NCBI GenBank assembly: GCA_964291215.2
Contig: OZ219790.1
Span: 1,664,001-1,728,000, forward strand
Direction: 5' to 3'
Origin: Alphaproteobacteria bacterium
GTDB lineage: Bacteria > Pseudomonadota > Alphaproteobacteria > MPNO01 > UBA830
Length of the DNA: 64,000 bases
A program made the position numbers and the translations under genes. Positions 25,332-35,880 of this stretch are shown piece by piece. The notes under the pieces are model-generated. The model worked only from the letters and a program-made list of their open reading frames with translations. It was not told where the DNA came from and did no database searches. Position 1 is the first letter of the stretch. The number at the start of each line of letters is the position of its first letter.

Positions 25332-27021
25332 CCTGGCGCCCTCCGTCGAGATCGAGCGCCAGCGCCGTCCTGGCGCTGTCGTTGCCGTCGACTGGCAGGA
25401 CTCCGAGGATCGGGGCGATGCGTTCGATGACCGACCTTGCTGTCGGCACCGCGACCCATCCGCCGGTGGCGCGGCCGTAGGTCTCCGCATTGCCCTTCGG
25501 CTCGTCGAGCATGATGTGGATCACGTAGCGGGGATCGTGCATTGGGAACACGCCGACGAACGACGACAGCAGAGACGACTTCCTGTAGCCGCCTCCGGAC
25601 GCCTTCTCGGTCGTCCCGGTCTTGCCGCCGATCAGGTAGCCCGAGTTGCCGGCCTTGCTGGCCGTGCCCTTCTCGACGACGAGCCGCAGCAGGCGCCTCA
25701 TATGGTCCGATGTCGTCGGCGAGACGACGCGGCGCCCGGCTTCGGCCTGCGCTTCCTCGCGCCTGAGAAGCGTCGGATCGCGATAGATGCCGCCATTGAC
25801 CACCGCCGACACCCCGGCGACGACATGCACCGGGCTGACCGCGAGTCCGTAGCCATACGATATCGTGATCGAGTTTATCGCCCGCCAGCGGGGCGGCGAC
25901 ATCGGCGTCCCGAGCTCAGAGAATTCGAGCTGGATTGGCTTCAGCATTCCCAGTCTCGACATGAACTCGAGATGCCGGTCGAGCCCGACGGCGCGCGCCA
26001 TCCGGGCCGTGCCGATGTTCGACGAGTAGGCAAAGATCTCGGTGACCGAGAGCCAGCGATTCCTGGGGTGATAGTCCTTGACCAGATACCTCGCCACGCG
26101 CAGCGGCTTGGTCGCGTCATAACGGTCCTGGAGGCCGGCGGTGCCGGTGTCCAGAGCCATCGCCGTCGTGAATATCTTGAACGTCGAGCCCATCTCGTAG
26201 ATGCCGAGCGTGGTACGGTTGAAACGCACCTTCTCGTCGGCGGCATCGGGGGTATGGGGGCTGAAGGTCGGAAGCGAGACCATGGCGACGATCTCCGCAG
26301 TGTCGACATCCATGACCAGTCCGGATCCGCCGATCGCCCGGAACTTCTCAAGCGCGCGTCCCAGTTCGCTCGCCACCGCATGCTGCACGCGGACGTCAAT
26401 GGAAAGCGCAAGGCCGTCGCCGCCGGCACGCAGCGCCTCATCGAAGTGGCTCTCGATTCCTGCAAGACCGCGCCCGTCGATGTCGGTGAACCCGACCACA
26501 TGGCTGGTGAGCGAACCCAGCGGATAGATGCGCCGGGATTCCTTGCGGAACGCAAGGCCCGGTATGCCCATGCGGTTGACGCTGTAGTGCTGGTTGGGTG
26601 TCAGATGCCGGCGCAACCACACGAATCCGCGGTCGGAAGCGAGTTTTCGCTCGACCGCCCCGCGGTCAAGTCCGGGCAACGCGCCGGCCAGCTGCTCCGC
26701 CACTTTCCGGGGATTGCGGATCCTGCGGGGATCGGCGATGAGCGAGGCCGAAGCCAGGCTCGATGCGAGGAGCGTACCGTTGCGGTCGACGATGGCGGCG
26801 CGGACCGCCGCCGGTCCGGGGCCGGAGACCGGACGCGCCGGCTCCCCGGCGTGGCGCTGGCCGCCGTCACGGGAAAACAGGCTGACATCGACGAGGCGGA
26901 CAGCAGTGACCAGGAATGCGGCAAGGAACAGGGTGCCGACCAGGAGAATCCGGTTGCGGGACGTATCGAGCGCGGCCTTCCAGTAACCGTCGAGGCGAGT
27001 CTTCCGGGATAGATCGATCAT
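25318..27021 (-). CDS. ftsI: penicillin-binding protein 3 (septal transpeptidase)
   Basis: IVDRNG, SxxK (STFK), SSN, KTGT motifs, N-terminal TM. Confidence 0.95.
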   Translation of the reverse strand: MIDLSRKTRLDGYWKAALDTSRNRILLVGTLFLAAFLVTAVRLVDVSLFSRDGGQRHAGEPARPVSGPGPAAVRAAIVDRNGTLLASSLASASLIADPRRIRNPRKVAEQLAGALPGLDRGAVERKLASDRGFVWLRRHLTPNQHYSVNRMGIPGLAFRKESRRIYPLGSLTSHVVGFTDIDGRGLAGIESHFDEALRAGGDGLALSIDVRVQHAVASELGRALEKFRAIGGSGLVMDVDTAEIVAMVSLPTFSPHTPDAADEKVRFNRTTLGIYEMGSTFKIFTTAMALDTGTAGLQDRYDATKPLRVARYLVKDYHPRNRWLSVTEIFAYSSNIGTARMARAVGLDRHLEFMSRLGMLKPIQLEFSELGTPMSPPRWRAINSITISYGYGLAVSPVHVVAGVSAVVNGGIYRDPTLLRREEAQAEAGRRVVSPTTSDHMRRLLRLVVEKGTASKAGNSGYLIGGKTGTTEKASGGGYRKSSLLSSFVGVFPMHDPRYVIHIMLDEPKGNAETYGRATGGWVAVPTARSVIERIAPILGVLPVDGNDSARTALALDLDGGRQVASR

Positions 27022-27365
27022 GGCGAATTCCTCGATACGGGCTGGGCGGAAACGGTCGGCGTACGTGCCGCCGCGCCGCGCCGCTCCCGCTTGCCGTCGG
27101 CAAGGAAGCCCTCGATGGTGCGGATCTGCTCGGATCTGGGTGCATCCAGTCCAAGCAGGCGGCGCCCGAGATCCTCGAGCCGGGACGGCTGGTTGAGGTG
27201 GGTCCATTCGGCGTCCAGCACCGCGATTGCCCCGCGCTCGGTCGCAATCTCGGCGTGCACGCCGTGCAACTCTTCCTCGAGTTCCTTCACGTTCTGCTTC
27301 ACGACGAAGATCGTGACGGCCGTCGCTATGACAAATACAGTCCAGAGGGCGGTTGCAGGTCGCAT
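27018..27365 (-). CDS. ftsL: cell division protein FtsL
   Basis: TM segment, coiled coil, LDAEWTHLNQPSRL; lies between rsmH and ftsI. Confidence 0.88.
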   Translation of the reverse strand: MRPATALWTVFVIATAVTIFVVKQNVKELEEELHGVHAEIATERGAIAVLDAEWTHLNQPSRLEDLGRRLLGLDAPRSEQIRTIEGFLADGKRERRGAAARTPTVSAQPVSRNSP

Positions 27366-27388
27366 GTCTTCGCTTCCGTTTTTCTCGG

Positions 27389-28339
27389 TCACTCGTCTGC
27401 CAGGCGCTCGGCAATCCGAAGCCGGGCCGAGCGCGCACGCGGGTTGCGCCGGATTTCCTCCTGAGACGGCTTGCGCGCGCCGCCGCGGCACGGCCTGAAG
27501 GTCGGCCTTTCCGTAGCTTGGGGAAGCGCCGGTGCATGGCGCGAGACGGATCGCCGGACCCCCGACCGCTTGCGGAGGAAGCGCTTGACCAGCCTGTCCT
27601 CGAGCGAATGAAACGAGATCACGGCGAGACAGCCGCCGGGCGCGAGAACCACTTCGGCGGCGCAAAGTCCGCGCCCGAGTTCCTCGATTTCCCGGTTGAT
27701 AACGATGCGAATCGCCTGAAATGTGCGCGTGGCGGGGTCCAGGCGCTGATGACCGGCAGTGCCGTGGGCGGTACGGACGATGGCGGCGAGCTGTCCAGTC
27801 GTCGTGATGCGCCGACGCCCGCGTGCGTCGGCGATCGCCGCCGCGATCCGCCGCGCACGGCGTTCGCCGCCAAAACGGAAAATGACGTCCGCAAGCGCCG
27901 CCTCATCGGCATCGTTGACGAAATCCTCGGCGCTCGCGCCGCACGATTCCTGGCGCATGTCGAGAGGGCCATCATGGCGAAAGCTGAAGCCGCGGGCCGG
28001 ATCGGTCAGCTGCATCGCGGATACGCCGAGATCGAGCGCAATGCCATCGACCCTGGTCACGCCGCGTTCGGCGAGGAGTTCGTCCATGTCGCCGAAGCGC
28101 CCCTCCATCACTGCGAGCCGTCCATCGAACTCGCGGACCAGTTTAGCGCCGCGCGCCGCTGCTTCGGGATCCCTGTCGATGGCCCAGACAGCGCAGTCGG
28201 CGGCGTTCAGGATGGCTCTGCTGTGCCCGCCGCCACCGAACGTGCCGTCGACATAGCAGCCGCGGTCGCGGGGGCGCAGCGCCTCGAGCATCTCCGCCAC
28301 CATCACCGGCTCGTGATGATCTGCGGCGCCGGCCGTCAT
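27389..28339 (-). CDS. rsmH: 16S rRNA m4C1402 methyltransferase
   Basis: HEPVM, DGTFGGGGHS, LDLGVS, PLDMR, ISFHSLEDR, NPRARSA. Confidence 0.97.
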   Translation of the reverse strand: MTAGAADHHEPVMVAEMLEALRPRDRGCYVDGTFGGGGHSRAILNAADCAVWAIDRDPEAAARGAKLVREFDGRLAVMEGRFGDMDELLAERGVTRVDGIALDLGVSAMQLTDPARGFSFRHDGPLDMRQESCGASAEDFVNDADEAALADVIFRFGGERRARRIAAAIADARGRRRITTTGQLAAIVRTAHGTAGHQRLDPATRTFQAIRIVINREIEELGRGLCAAEVVLAPGGCLAVISFHSLEDRLVKRFLRKRSGVRRSVSRHAPALPQATERPTFRPCRGGARKPSQEEIRRNPRARSARLRIAERLADE

Positions 28340-28809
28340 TTGCCGTCCTCCGTGGCCAGCCGGTCACGCAGCGTCTCGAGCGCGGACTCGAGCTGCTTGC
28401 TGTGATTCTCGGGGGACCAGATCTGGATGCGGTTGCCCCGACCCGTGAAGGTCGCGCGTCCGTCGATTTCGGCATGCGCCAAGAGGTGGGACGGGAGCAA
28501 CACCCTTCCGTCGTTGTCGATCAGCAGGGGCGTAGCCAGCCCCATCATCGTCTCGACAACGGAATCCTTGTGATCCCCGAACAGGACGCGCTCGAATTCG
28601 CCCTCCTCGACATTCCGATCCGTGCGTTGCTGCATGAGCCTGTCGAATACCGTCTTCGGCAGGCTCTCGATTGATTTCTGCCGGGGCGAGGGATAGGCGA
28701 CCAGTTCGCGGCAGCCGAAATCAGCAAGCCTGTCCCGAAACTGGGCAGGCACCGAGACCCTGCCCTTGCGGTCGACCCTGTTTTCGTACGTCGAGATAAA
28801 CGAGGTCAC
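28336..28809 (-). CDS. mraZ: division/cell wall cluster transcriptional repressor MraZ
   Basis: Two SpoVT/AbrB repeats (VDRKGRVSVP, IDNDGRVLLP); first gene of the dcw operon. Confidence 0.92.
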   Translation of the reverse strand: MTSFISTYENRVDRKGRVSVPAQFRDRLADFGCRELVAYPSPRQKSIESLPKTVFDRLMQQRTDRNVEEGEFERVLFGDHKDSVVETMMGLATPLLIDNDGRVLLPSHLLAHAEIDGRATFTGRGNRIQIWSPENHSKQLESALETLRDRLATEDGK

Positions 28810-28860
28810 AACCTGATCCGCCTCTGTTCATGCAACGGCATGCGAAAGCTGTCATTTTAA

Positions 28861-28910
28861 TATGGGATTTTATGGGTATCAATGCCTGTTCATGGGAAAT
28901 CATGGATATT
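28861..28910. promoter_or_regulatory. 10-bp-periodic ATGGG boxes upstream of mraZ (putative MraZ operator)
   Basis: tATGGGattt tATGGGtatc aATGcctgtt cATGGGaaat cATGGatatt in an AT-rich tract. MraZ is known to bind TGGGN repeats with 10-bp spacing. Confidence 0.65.
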
Positions 28911-29014
28911 TTTATAGATTGATTTTTTTTATTTGTACTTGTTTTGTTCTAATAGCGGCGTATCGAAACAATGCGCTGCCGCGGCATCGTGCTGCCTGGA
29001 TGGCGGCAGGAGGA

Positions 29015-29377
<363 letters not shown>

Positions 29378-29385
29378 CGCCACAA

Positions 29386-29414
29386 AGACTGAACCGCGCC
29401 ATCCACCGGGTCAA
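29386..29414 (-). promoter_or_regulatory. putative sigma70 promoter of rnpB
   Basis: TTGACC-17 bp-CAGTCT ending 8 nt upstream of the predicted RNA 5' end. Confidence 0.45.
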
Positions 29415-29664
29415 GTTCCACGGTGATCCCACGCTGCTGATCCGGCGACGACTGGCGAGATTTTCTCAGTTTGCGTCGCGCTGCAATCGTGCCGCCAAGG
29501 CTCGATGGGACCTTCTTGGCACGAAACTTGCGATCAAGGAGGCGATCTGTGATGAGCCCCAACGCATTTCGCGTCTCCGAATTAGCATGGGATCGTCGTG
29601 GCCGCGTTCCATCGGGGCCCGCCCCTGCCGCCGCATCGAACGCAATCCGGAAACGGAGGCGTCA

Positions 29665-30888
29665 TCACCCCGTGCCCGGCCCTTCCCCGCGCATGACGGT
29701 CAGCGACAGAATGGACAGCGCCGAGCCCAGCGCCATAACGACAAGAGCCGCGGTCCACGCTCCGCCAGAACCGCTTCCTCCCGCCGCGTCGAGCGCGATA
29801 CCAAAGGCAAGGGGGCCCAGCACGCCCCCGGAGAAACCGACAAATGCCTGCACCGCAAGGGTCGCGCCACGGCGCGACGGGTCGGCGGCCGTTATCATGC
29901 CGGCCGATGTCGCCGAATTCCTGCCGTAGGAAACCATGCCGAACAGGATGCAAAGCACAAGCGGAATTTCGTAGCGCATCTCGGCGGTCAGCGCTATCGC
30001 AACGGCGAGGACGAGCGACGCGATGGCAACGCAGACCAGCAGCGCACGACGGTTGAAGCGCACCGCGAGTTCGCCGAACACCATGGCTGCGGGCGGTCCG
30101 ACCAGCGCGACCGCCGTCGCCCAGGCCGCAGCGCTCAGGACAATGTCGCCGTCGCCGGTTCGTTCGGCAAGGAAGACGAAGAAGCTGACCAGCCAGATCC
30201 GGCTCGTGAACACCTCCCAGGCAATGCCGAGGAAAGAGAAGACGTACCCCATCACCGCCCGGTTGCAAAAAACCGGCCGGAAATCGAGCACGGCCCCCCG
30301 CCCCGCCGGGTCGACCCTGGGCGGCGCCGCAGGAAGCGCCGCGGCCACCACAAGCGCGGCCCCGAGAGCGCCGCAGCCGGCGACGGCGAAGGCCCAGTGC
30401 CAGCCGAGCCAGTCGGCAAAGACGCCGCCCGACAGGATCGAGAGGCCGGATCCGAATCCGAAGACCGCAGTATAGTAGGTCACGCCGCGCTGCTGCACCG
30501 GCCCGTCCAGAAGCTGGTCGGCCAGCGCCTTCATGCCGGGAGCATAGGTACCCGCAAGACCGATTCCGGTCAGTATGCGAAACGCGACGCCCGACCACAG
30601 GCCGTCGGCGACAAATCCGAAACCGAAATTCCCGACCGCCCCGACTATCGCCGAGGCCAAGTAGATCCGACGCGGATCAACGCGGTCCGTATAGGCTGTC
30701 AGCACCGGCACGGTCGCGATGTAGCCGAGAAAGAGCGCGCCGCCGAGCCATCCGGCCTCGCTGTTCGACAGCGACCAGTCGCGGCTGATCTCGCCGAGCA
30801 CCGCAGCCGGAGCCATGAAGCCCAGGAGCGAGAGCACGAGAGCGACGCAGAGCGAGGCCACCAGCAGCACGGGAGACCGCGAACTCAT
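29665..30888 (-). CDS. MFS transporter
   Basis: About 12 hydrophobic segments, motif-A-like TDRVDPRR, GTYAPGMKAL. Confidence 0.88.
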   Translation of the reverse strand: MSSRSPVLLVASLCVALVLSLLGFMAPAAVLGEISRDWSLSNSEAGWLGGALFLGYIATVPVLTAYTDRVDPRRIYLASAIVGAVGNFGFGFVADGLWSGVAFRILTGIGLAGTYAPGMKALADQLLDGPVQQRGVTYYTAVFGFGSGLSILSGGVFADWLGWHWAFAVAGCGALGAALVVAAALPAAPPRVDPAGRGAVLDFRPVFCNRAVMGYVFSFLGIAWEVFTSRIWLVSFFVFLAERTGDGDIVLSAAAWATAVALVGPPAAMVFGELAVRFNRRALLVCVAIASLVLAVAIALTAEMRYEIPLVLCILFGMVSYGRNSATSAGMITAADPSRRGATLAVQAFVGFSGGVLGPLAFGIALDAAGGSGSGGAWTAALVVMALGSALSILSLTVMRGEGPGTG

Positions 30889-30938
30889 TGGCGGCGGCAC
30901 CCGTCTCCGGTACGGCCGGTCATGATCTTGCCACCGGC

Positions 30939-31931
30939 CTAGCCGTCAACCGCGACCACGATCTTGCCGAGCGCCGAGCCCGCTTCCATCATCGCGTGCG
31001 CCTCGCGGATCTCCTCGAACCGGAACACCTGTTGCAGCGAACTCCGGTAGATGCCGCGCTCCAGGCCCTTGAGGAAAGCCTGCAGCGACGCGGCGTCCAT
31101 CGGCGTCTGCGAACTCGAGAAATACGTCAATCTTGTCGTCGACGGGATCTCGGCGCCCGGGGAAAACTCCCTGAGCGTCCACTCCCCGCCCAGGATGCCC
31201 GCCATGCAGAGCGTTCCGCCGGTCCTGATGCAGGCAAACGAGTCGACGAGGACGGCCGTTCCGACGAGATCGAACATCTTGTCGACGCCATCAGCGACGA
31301 TTTCGCGGACGGAGGGTGCGATCCTGCCATCGTCGATCAGGACATGTTCCGCGCCGAACTCCCGCAGCCGTTCCCCGGCGGCGCAGCGGCGGGATGTCGA
31401 GAGAACCTTCACCCCTCGGACCCGTGCATAGTCGGCAGCCATCAGCCCTACCGCCGACGTCCCGCCCCTGATCAACAGCGTGTCGCCCGCCGCTATGCCG
31501 AGGCCGAGTTCCAGCGCGCCCCACGCGGTATGGAAGGTCTCCGGCACAGCGGCGAGCGCGGGCCAATCGAGCGACGTGTCAACGACATGAACGCTCGCGC
31601 TCGGCACGGAGACGTACTCGGCATAGGATCCGTCATATTCTCGGCCCATGCCGCCAGTGGTCGCAACGACCTTCTGTCCAGGCGTGAACGGCGTCCCGGG
31701 CGCGGCCTCGACCTCGCCGGCGCACTCGATACCCAGCACGCGGGGAAACTTGACAGTGGGCGAATGCCCGAGACGCGTATAGAGTTCTCCGCGATTGAGG
31801 CCGAAGGCCTTGACGCGGATCAGCACCCGCCCTTCGCGCACCGGCGGCCGCGGCCAGTCGCCGCGCAGTTCAAGCACGTCCGCGCCGCCGGCCCTCTCGA
31901 CAACGATCGCGCGCATCCCGTCCGATGTCAT
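30939..31931 (-). CDS. medium-chain dehydrogenase/reductase (quinone oxidoreductase-like)
   Basis: RVKAFGLNR, LGIECAGEV, GSYAEY, RGGTSAVG, GKIVV. Confidence 0.88.
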   Translation of the reverse strand: MTSDGMRAIVVERAGGADVLELRGDWPRPPVREGRVLIRVKAFGLNRGELYTRLGHSPTVKFPRVLGIECAGEVEAAPGTPFTPGQKVVATTGGMGREYDGSYAEYVSVPSASVHVVDTSLDWPALAAVPETFHTAWGALELGLGIAAGDTLLIRGGTSAVGLMAADYARVRGVKVLSTSRRCAAGERLREFGAEHVLIDDGRIAPSVREIVADGVDKMFDLVGTAVLVDSFACIRTGGTLCMAGILGGEWTLREFSPGAEIPSTTRLTYFSSSQTPMDAASLQAFLKGLERGIYRSSLQQVFRFEEIREAHAMMEAGSALGKIVVAVDG

Positions 31932-32032
31932 CCCGCCCCCGTCTCTGCGCCCTCGGGATCTTCCCCGCAGCAGCACCCAGGATAGCATCGAGAGGGGTTT
32001 GCACAATCCGGAACAGCGCCTGTCGGTGCCGT

Positions 32033-32461
32033 TCAGCGCAATCCTTCGGCCTTCCGGATCACCCGCACGGTTTCCGACCAGAGGCCCTGCCGGTCGATCT
32101 CCGAAAGCGCAACCCATCTTGCCGCGGCAGCGTCGTCCCCGGCCACCGGTTCGCCGGCCACCCATTCGCCAGCGAAATCGACCAGGGTGTAGTGATAGCG
32201 CACTCTTCCGGCATCGTCGTGGCGGACCGAATCGACGACATCGACGAGGCCTATCAGACGCGCCTCGATACCGGTCTCCTCCATCAGTTCGCGAAGCGCG
32301 GCTTCCCGCGTGGTCTCTCCGAGCTCCTGTCCGCCGCCGGGAATCGACCACTCCGAATACATCGACGGACCAGCCCGCCGGATCAGGAGCACCCGGTCGT
32401 CCCTGAAACAGACCACGCCGACACCGCAAATCGGCCGCTCGGGATATTCGCGGTCGCTCAT
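32033..32461 (-). CDS. Nudix hydrolase
   Basis: Nudix box GGQELGETTREAALRELMEETG. Confidence 0.92.
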   Translation of the reverse strand: MSDREYPERPICGVGVVCFRDDRVLLIRRAGPSMYSEWSIPGGGQELGETTREAALRELMEETGIEARLIGLVDVVDSVRHDDAGRVRYHYTLVDFAGEWVAGEPVAGDDAAAARWVALSEIDRQGLWSETVRVIRKAEGLR

Positions 32462-33741
32462 AACACCGTTTCCCGACGGCGGCGCGGCCACAGGAAAAAT
32501 GCAAGGCCGCAAACTTCGATGGCTATGAAGAACAGCAATGCCGTCTGATGGCCCTCGGGGCTGTAGAGCCCGTCGCCGGGCGACGGGTAGAGCCCGATTA
32601 TCACGCCAACCAGCCACTGGGTCGCAAATGCCGCGATGAAGGTGAGCATGTTTTGCGCGGTGTTGACCCGGCCGATCAGATGCGCCGGAAAGTTCTGGTT
32701 CAGGACCGCATAGGCCAGCGTCGACGCAGAACCGAAATATCCGAAGAGAAGGCACAGGAGGGCCGGGAAGGCCGTCCACTGGAGGGCAAACAGCAGCTGG
32801 ACCGTGATCGAGGCCATGATGCCGGCGACCGCAGGAGCGATCGTCGGGATCCCGGCCCGTTGAAGCCGCTCGGCGAAGACGCCGACAGAGAGAACGCCGG
32901 CAAACATGCCGGCATTGAACATCAGCATGGCGTCGGCAACTGCCACCCTGTCCAGACCCGCCACATCGCGGAGCCATGGGGCCGCCCACAGCGCCTGATA
33001 GGACAGGAAGACTCCGTTGTGCACGAAGACCATGCAGGAAAGACGCCAGAAGAACCCGCTGCGATACACCTGCCCCAGCTCCGCAAGCTGCCGGCCCGGC
33101 GCCGCGCCGCCGCCGGCATCCGCGCGAGACGGGGGGTGGTCGGGCACCACGAACCGGATCAGGAGGCCGGACAGGACCGACACGGCTGCAAGGCACCAGA
33201 ACACGATCCGCCAGTCGATTTCCCGGACCGCGAGCTCAAGCGGAACCGTTGTCGACAGCGCGCCGAACGTGCCGAAGGCAAAAATCACGCCGTTGACGAG
33301 CGGGATCTTCTCACGCGGAAACCACAGCACGTTGGCCTTCAGCGACGCCATCAGGCACGCCGACACCCCGATTCCGATCAGCGCCCGTCCGACCACCAGC
33401 GTCACCGCATCGGTGCCGAGCGCGAACACGGCCGCCCCTGCGGCAGCTACCATGATGAGCGCTGTCTGCACGCGTTTCGGGCCATAGCGATCGAGGACGA
33501 TGCCGAGGGGCAGCTGCGTCGCGGCGAACGCGATGAAATAGGCGCTGGTCATGAACCCGAGGTCGGCTGGCGACAGGCCGACATCACGAGCCAGTTGCGG
33601 CGAGATTATCGCGTTCACGGTGCGGAACAGATAGGACATGTAGTAGCCGATGCCGAAGGGCAGGACGATGGTCAGCGTCAGCACCACAAGGGACCTGCGG
33701 CGTGCACCAGGTGGCAATGCACTGCCCTCCCTGTCAGCCAT
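32458..33741 (-). CDS. MFS transporter
   Basis: GIVLDRYGPKR motif A and 12 TM pattern. Confidence 0.9.
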   Translation of the reverse strand: MADREGSALPPGARRRSLVVLTLTIVLPFGIGYYMSYLFRTVNAIISPQLARDVGLSPADLGFMTSAYFIAFAATQLPLGIVLDRYGPKRVQTALIMVAAAGAAVFALGTDAVTLVVGRALIGIGVSACLMASLKANVLWFPREKIPLVNGVIFAFGTFGALSTTVPLELAVREIDWRIVFWCLAAVSVLSGLLIRFVVPDHPPSRADAGGGAAPGRQLAELGQVYRSGFFWRLSCMVFVHNGVFLSYQALWAAPWLRDVAGLDRVAVADAMLMFNAGMFAGVLSVGVFAERLQRAGIPTIAPAVAGIMASITVQLLFALQWTAFPALLCLLFGYFGSASTLAYAVLNQNFPAHLIGRVNTAQNMLTFIAAFATQWLVGVIIGLYPSPGDGLYSPEGHQTALLFFIAIEVCGLAFFLWPRRRRETVL

Positions 33742-34987
33742 CGCGCCGCTCCCGCGCCGCAGGCCGCACGAAATTCACGAAGCATGCCAGCTGAATAGCG
33801 ATCATCGTCCAGAGCGCCACCGAATGCCCGCGCGCCGAATAGCCGCCGTCCGCCTGCAGCGGAAACGCCTCGATAATGACGCCGATCCCCCACTGTGCGG
33901 CAAAAGCGACGACGAACATGAAGAAGTTCGTGGCCGTCATGGCCCGCCCCGTAAGCCTTTCGGGGAAGCGCACGGTCAACATCGCATAGGCCAGATAGGC
34001 GGCCGATGACAGGAAACCGAGGCTCCCCCAGATCACGACCAGGCCCGACGTAACTCCGAGCGCCAGCAGCACCTCCAGCAGCGCGAGCAGCAGCAGGCCG
34101 GCGGCGAATACGTGAACCGCCTGAACCACGGTCTTGCGGAGACGATCCGCGAGCACCCCGCTCGCCAGCAGCCCGAGCAGGAAGCAGACCTGCAGGGTGA
34201 AGAGCTGATTGGCGCGCGCAGTCTGATCAAGGCCGGCCACATCCCTGAGCCACGGATCCGCCCACAGGGTCTGATAGGACACAAAGGTGGCATAGGCGGC
34301 CGAATAGAATAGCGTCACCCGCCAGAAGAAGGGGTCCCTGACGACATCGGCAAAGCCGCAGAGCTGTCTTGCGAAGCTCTCGCCCGCCGGCATCGAAGTC
34401 TTTCTTTCGGGCACCAGAACCATGATCGCCAGCGAGACCGCCACCGTCACCACCGCGAGTCCGGCAAAGATGTCCCGCCACCCCGCCAAGTCGAGCAGCA
34501 TTTCCACCGGCCGGGTGGCTGATATCGCACCGACGGCGCCAAAGGCGCCGGTCAGGTTGTTCATCAGCGGAAGCCTGTCCGCGGGAAACCACATCACGTT
34601 GGCCTTGAACGAGCCCATCAGGGCGGCCGACACGCCGAAGCCGATCAACGCGCGGCCGATCAGCAGCGGAACGAAGTCGTCGGCGACGGCGAACACCGCG
34701 GCGCCAGCCGCGGCGAACATGAGGAGCCCCGCATTCAACCGTCTCGGACCGTAGCGGTCGAGCGCCACGCCGAGGGGGATTTGGGACGACGCGAACGCGA
34801 TCATGTAGATGCTTGTCAGGAGCCCGAGATCGGCCGGCCCGATGTCGAGCTCCGTAGCCAAGTTCTCGGAGATGACCGCGTTGACGGTGCGATACAGATA
34901 GGAGAGGTAGTACCCGCATCCGAACGGGAGAAACACGACAAAGATAATTCGGGGGCCGCTGGGCGTCCGGCGCTCCTCCGCGCTCAC
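33734..34987 (-). CDS. MFS transporter (paralog of the adjacent gene)
   Basis: GVALDRYGPRR motif A; shares PFGxGYYxSYLxRTVNA and KANVxWFP with its neighbour. Confidence 0.9.
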   Translation of the reverse strand: MSAEERRTPSGPRIIFVVFLPFGCGYYLSYLYRTVNAVISENLATELDIGPADLGLLTSIYMIAFASSQIPLGVALDRYGPRRLNAGLLMFAAAGAAVFAVADDFVPLLIGRALIGFGVSAALMGSFKANVMWFPADRLPLMNNLTGAFGAVGAISATRPVEMLLDLAGWRDIFAGLAVVTVAVSLAIMVLVPERKTSMPAGESFARQLCGFADVVRDPFFWRVTLFYSAAYATFVSYQTLWADPWLRDVAGLDQTARANQLFTLQVCFLLGLLASGVLADRLRKTVVQAVHVFAAGLLLLALLEVLLALGVTSGLVVIWGSLGFLSSAAYLAYAMLTVRFPERLTGRAMTATNFFMFVVAFAAQWGIGVIIEAFPLQADGGYSARGHSVALWTMIAIQLACFVNFVRPAARERRDG

Positions 34988-35183
34988 AAAAAGGGCTCCG
35001 GCGCGCCAGCCGGCAGGCTTCGGCCGCCGGCCGCGCCGTTCCTGTTCGTCGATGCAGCCATTGCCTACCGTGCCTGCCCCGCAAAGCGCGGGATACGTTC
35101 ACGCCCATAGTATTGTCCTTCCCGACTCCTGCAAGTAGTCTGGCGCGACACCGGCAATGACCGCTTGGGGATCCGATCTACCG

Positions 35184-35861
35184 ATGCAGCTTTCACTGAC
35201 CGTGGAACCGGAAGGCGGCGCCCGCAGCGTCGAGGTGGACCAGCTCATCATTGCCGGCTGGACCGGGCGCGACATCGAGGCGCTTGAACGGCACATCAAG
35301 GAGCTCGAAGAGCTCGGTGTCGCCCGTCCGCCGGCAGTTCCCTGCTTCTACAGGGTCGGCTGCGGCAACCTGACTGGCGCAGACTCCATCCAGTGCCTCG
35401 GCGACGCATCGTCGGGCGAAGTCGAGTTCGTACTGATCGGGACCGAGGACGGCATGCTCGTCGCCGTCGGCTCGGACCATACGGACCGCGAGGTTGAGAC
35501 CTATTCGGTACCGGTGTCGAAGCAGATGTGCGCAAAGCCGGTTTCCACGAGCGCCTGGCGCTATGACGATGTCGCGGATCATTTCGACGCGCTGCTTCTG
35601 CGCGCCTGGATCGGCACCGGCGACGCGAGGGAACTCTACCAGGATGGCAGCGCCGCCGCGATGCGGCCGCCCGGGGAACTGATCGCGCGCTATCTCGACG
35701 GCGCACAGACTCTGCCCGCAGGGACGGCCATGTTCGGGGGCACGCTGGCTGCCATCGGGGGCATTCGGACCGCAGGGCGGTTTGAATTCGAAATCCACGA
35801 TCCGGTGCTGGACCGCAGCATCTCCCATGGCTATAGCATCAATTGTCTGCCCGTAACATGA
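35184..35861 (+). CDS. DUF2848-like protein (FAH-related fold)
   Basis: IAGWTGRD..HIKEL, SSGEVE, VGSDHTDR, SKQMCAKP recalled from DUF2848 proteins. Confidence 0.78.
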   Translation: MQLSLTVEPEGGARSVEVDQLIIAGWTGRDIEALERHIKELEELGVARPPAVPCFYRVGCGNLTGADSIQCLGDASSGEVEFVLIGTEDGMLVAVGSDHTDREVETYSVPVSKQMCAKPVSTSAWRYDDVADHFDALLLRAWIGTGDARELYQDGSAAAMRPPGELIARYLDGAQTLPAGTAMFGGTLAAIGGIRTAGRFEFEIHDPVLDRSISHGYSINCLPVT

Positions 35862-35880
35862 CCAGGAAGGGAGAACGGCG

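Noticed and set aside
24748-27012. 754-aa plus-strand ORF and similar long ORFs opposite dcw genes
   Set aside because: Antisense shadows of conserved genes, with no recognisable motifs.
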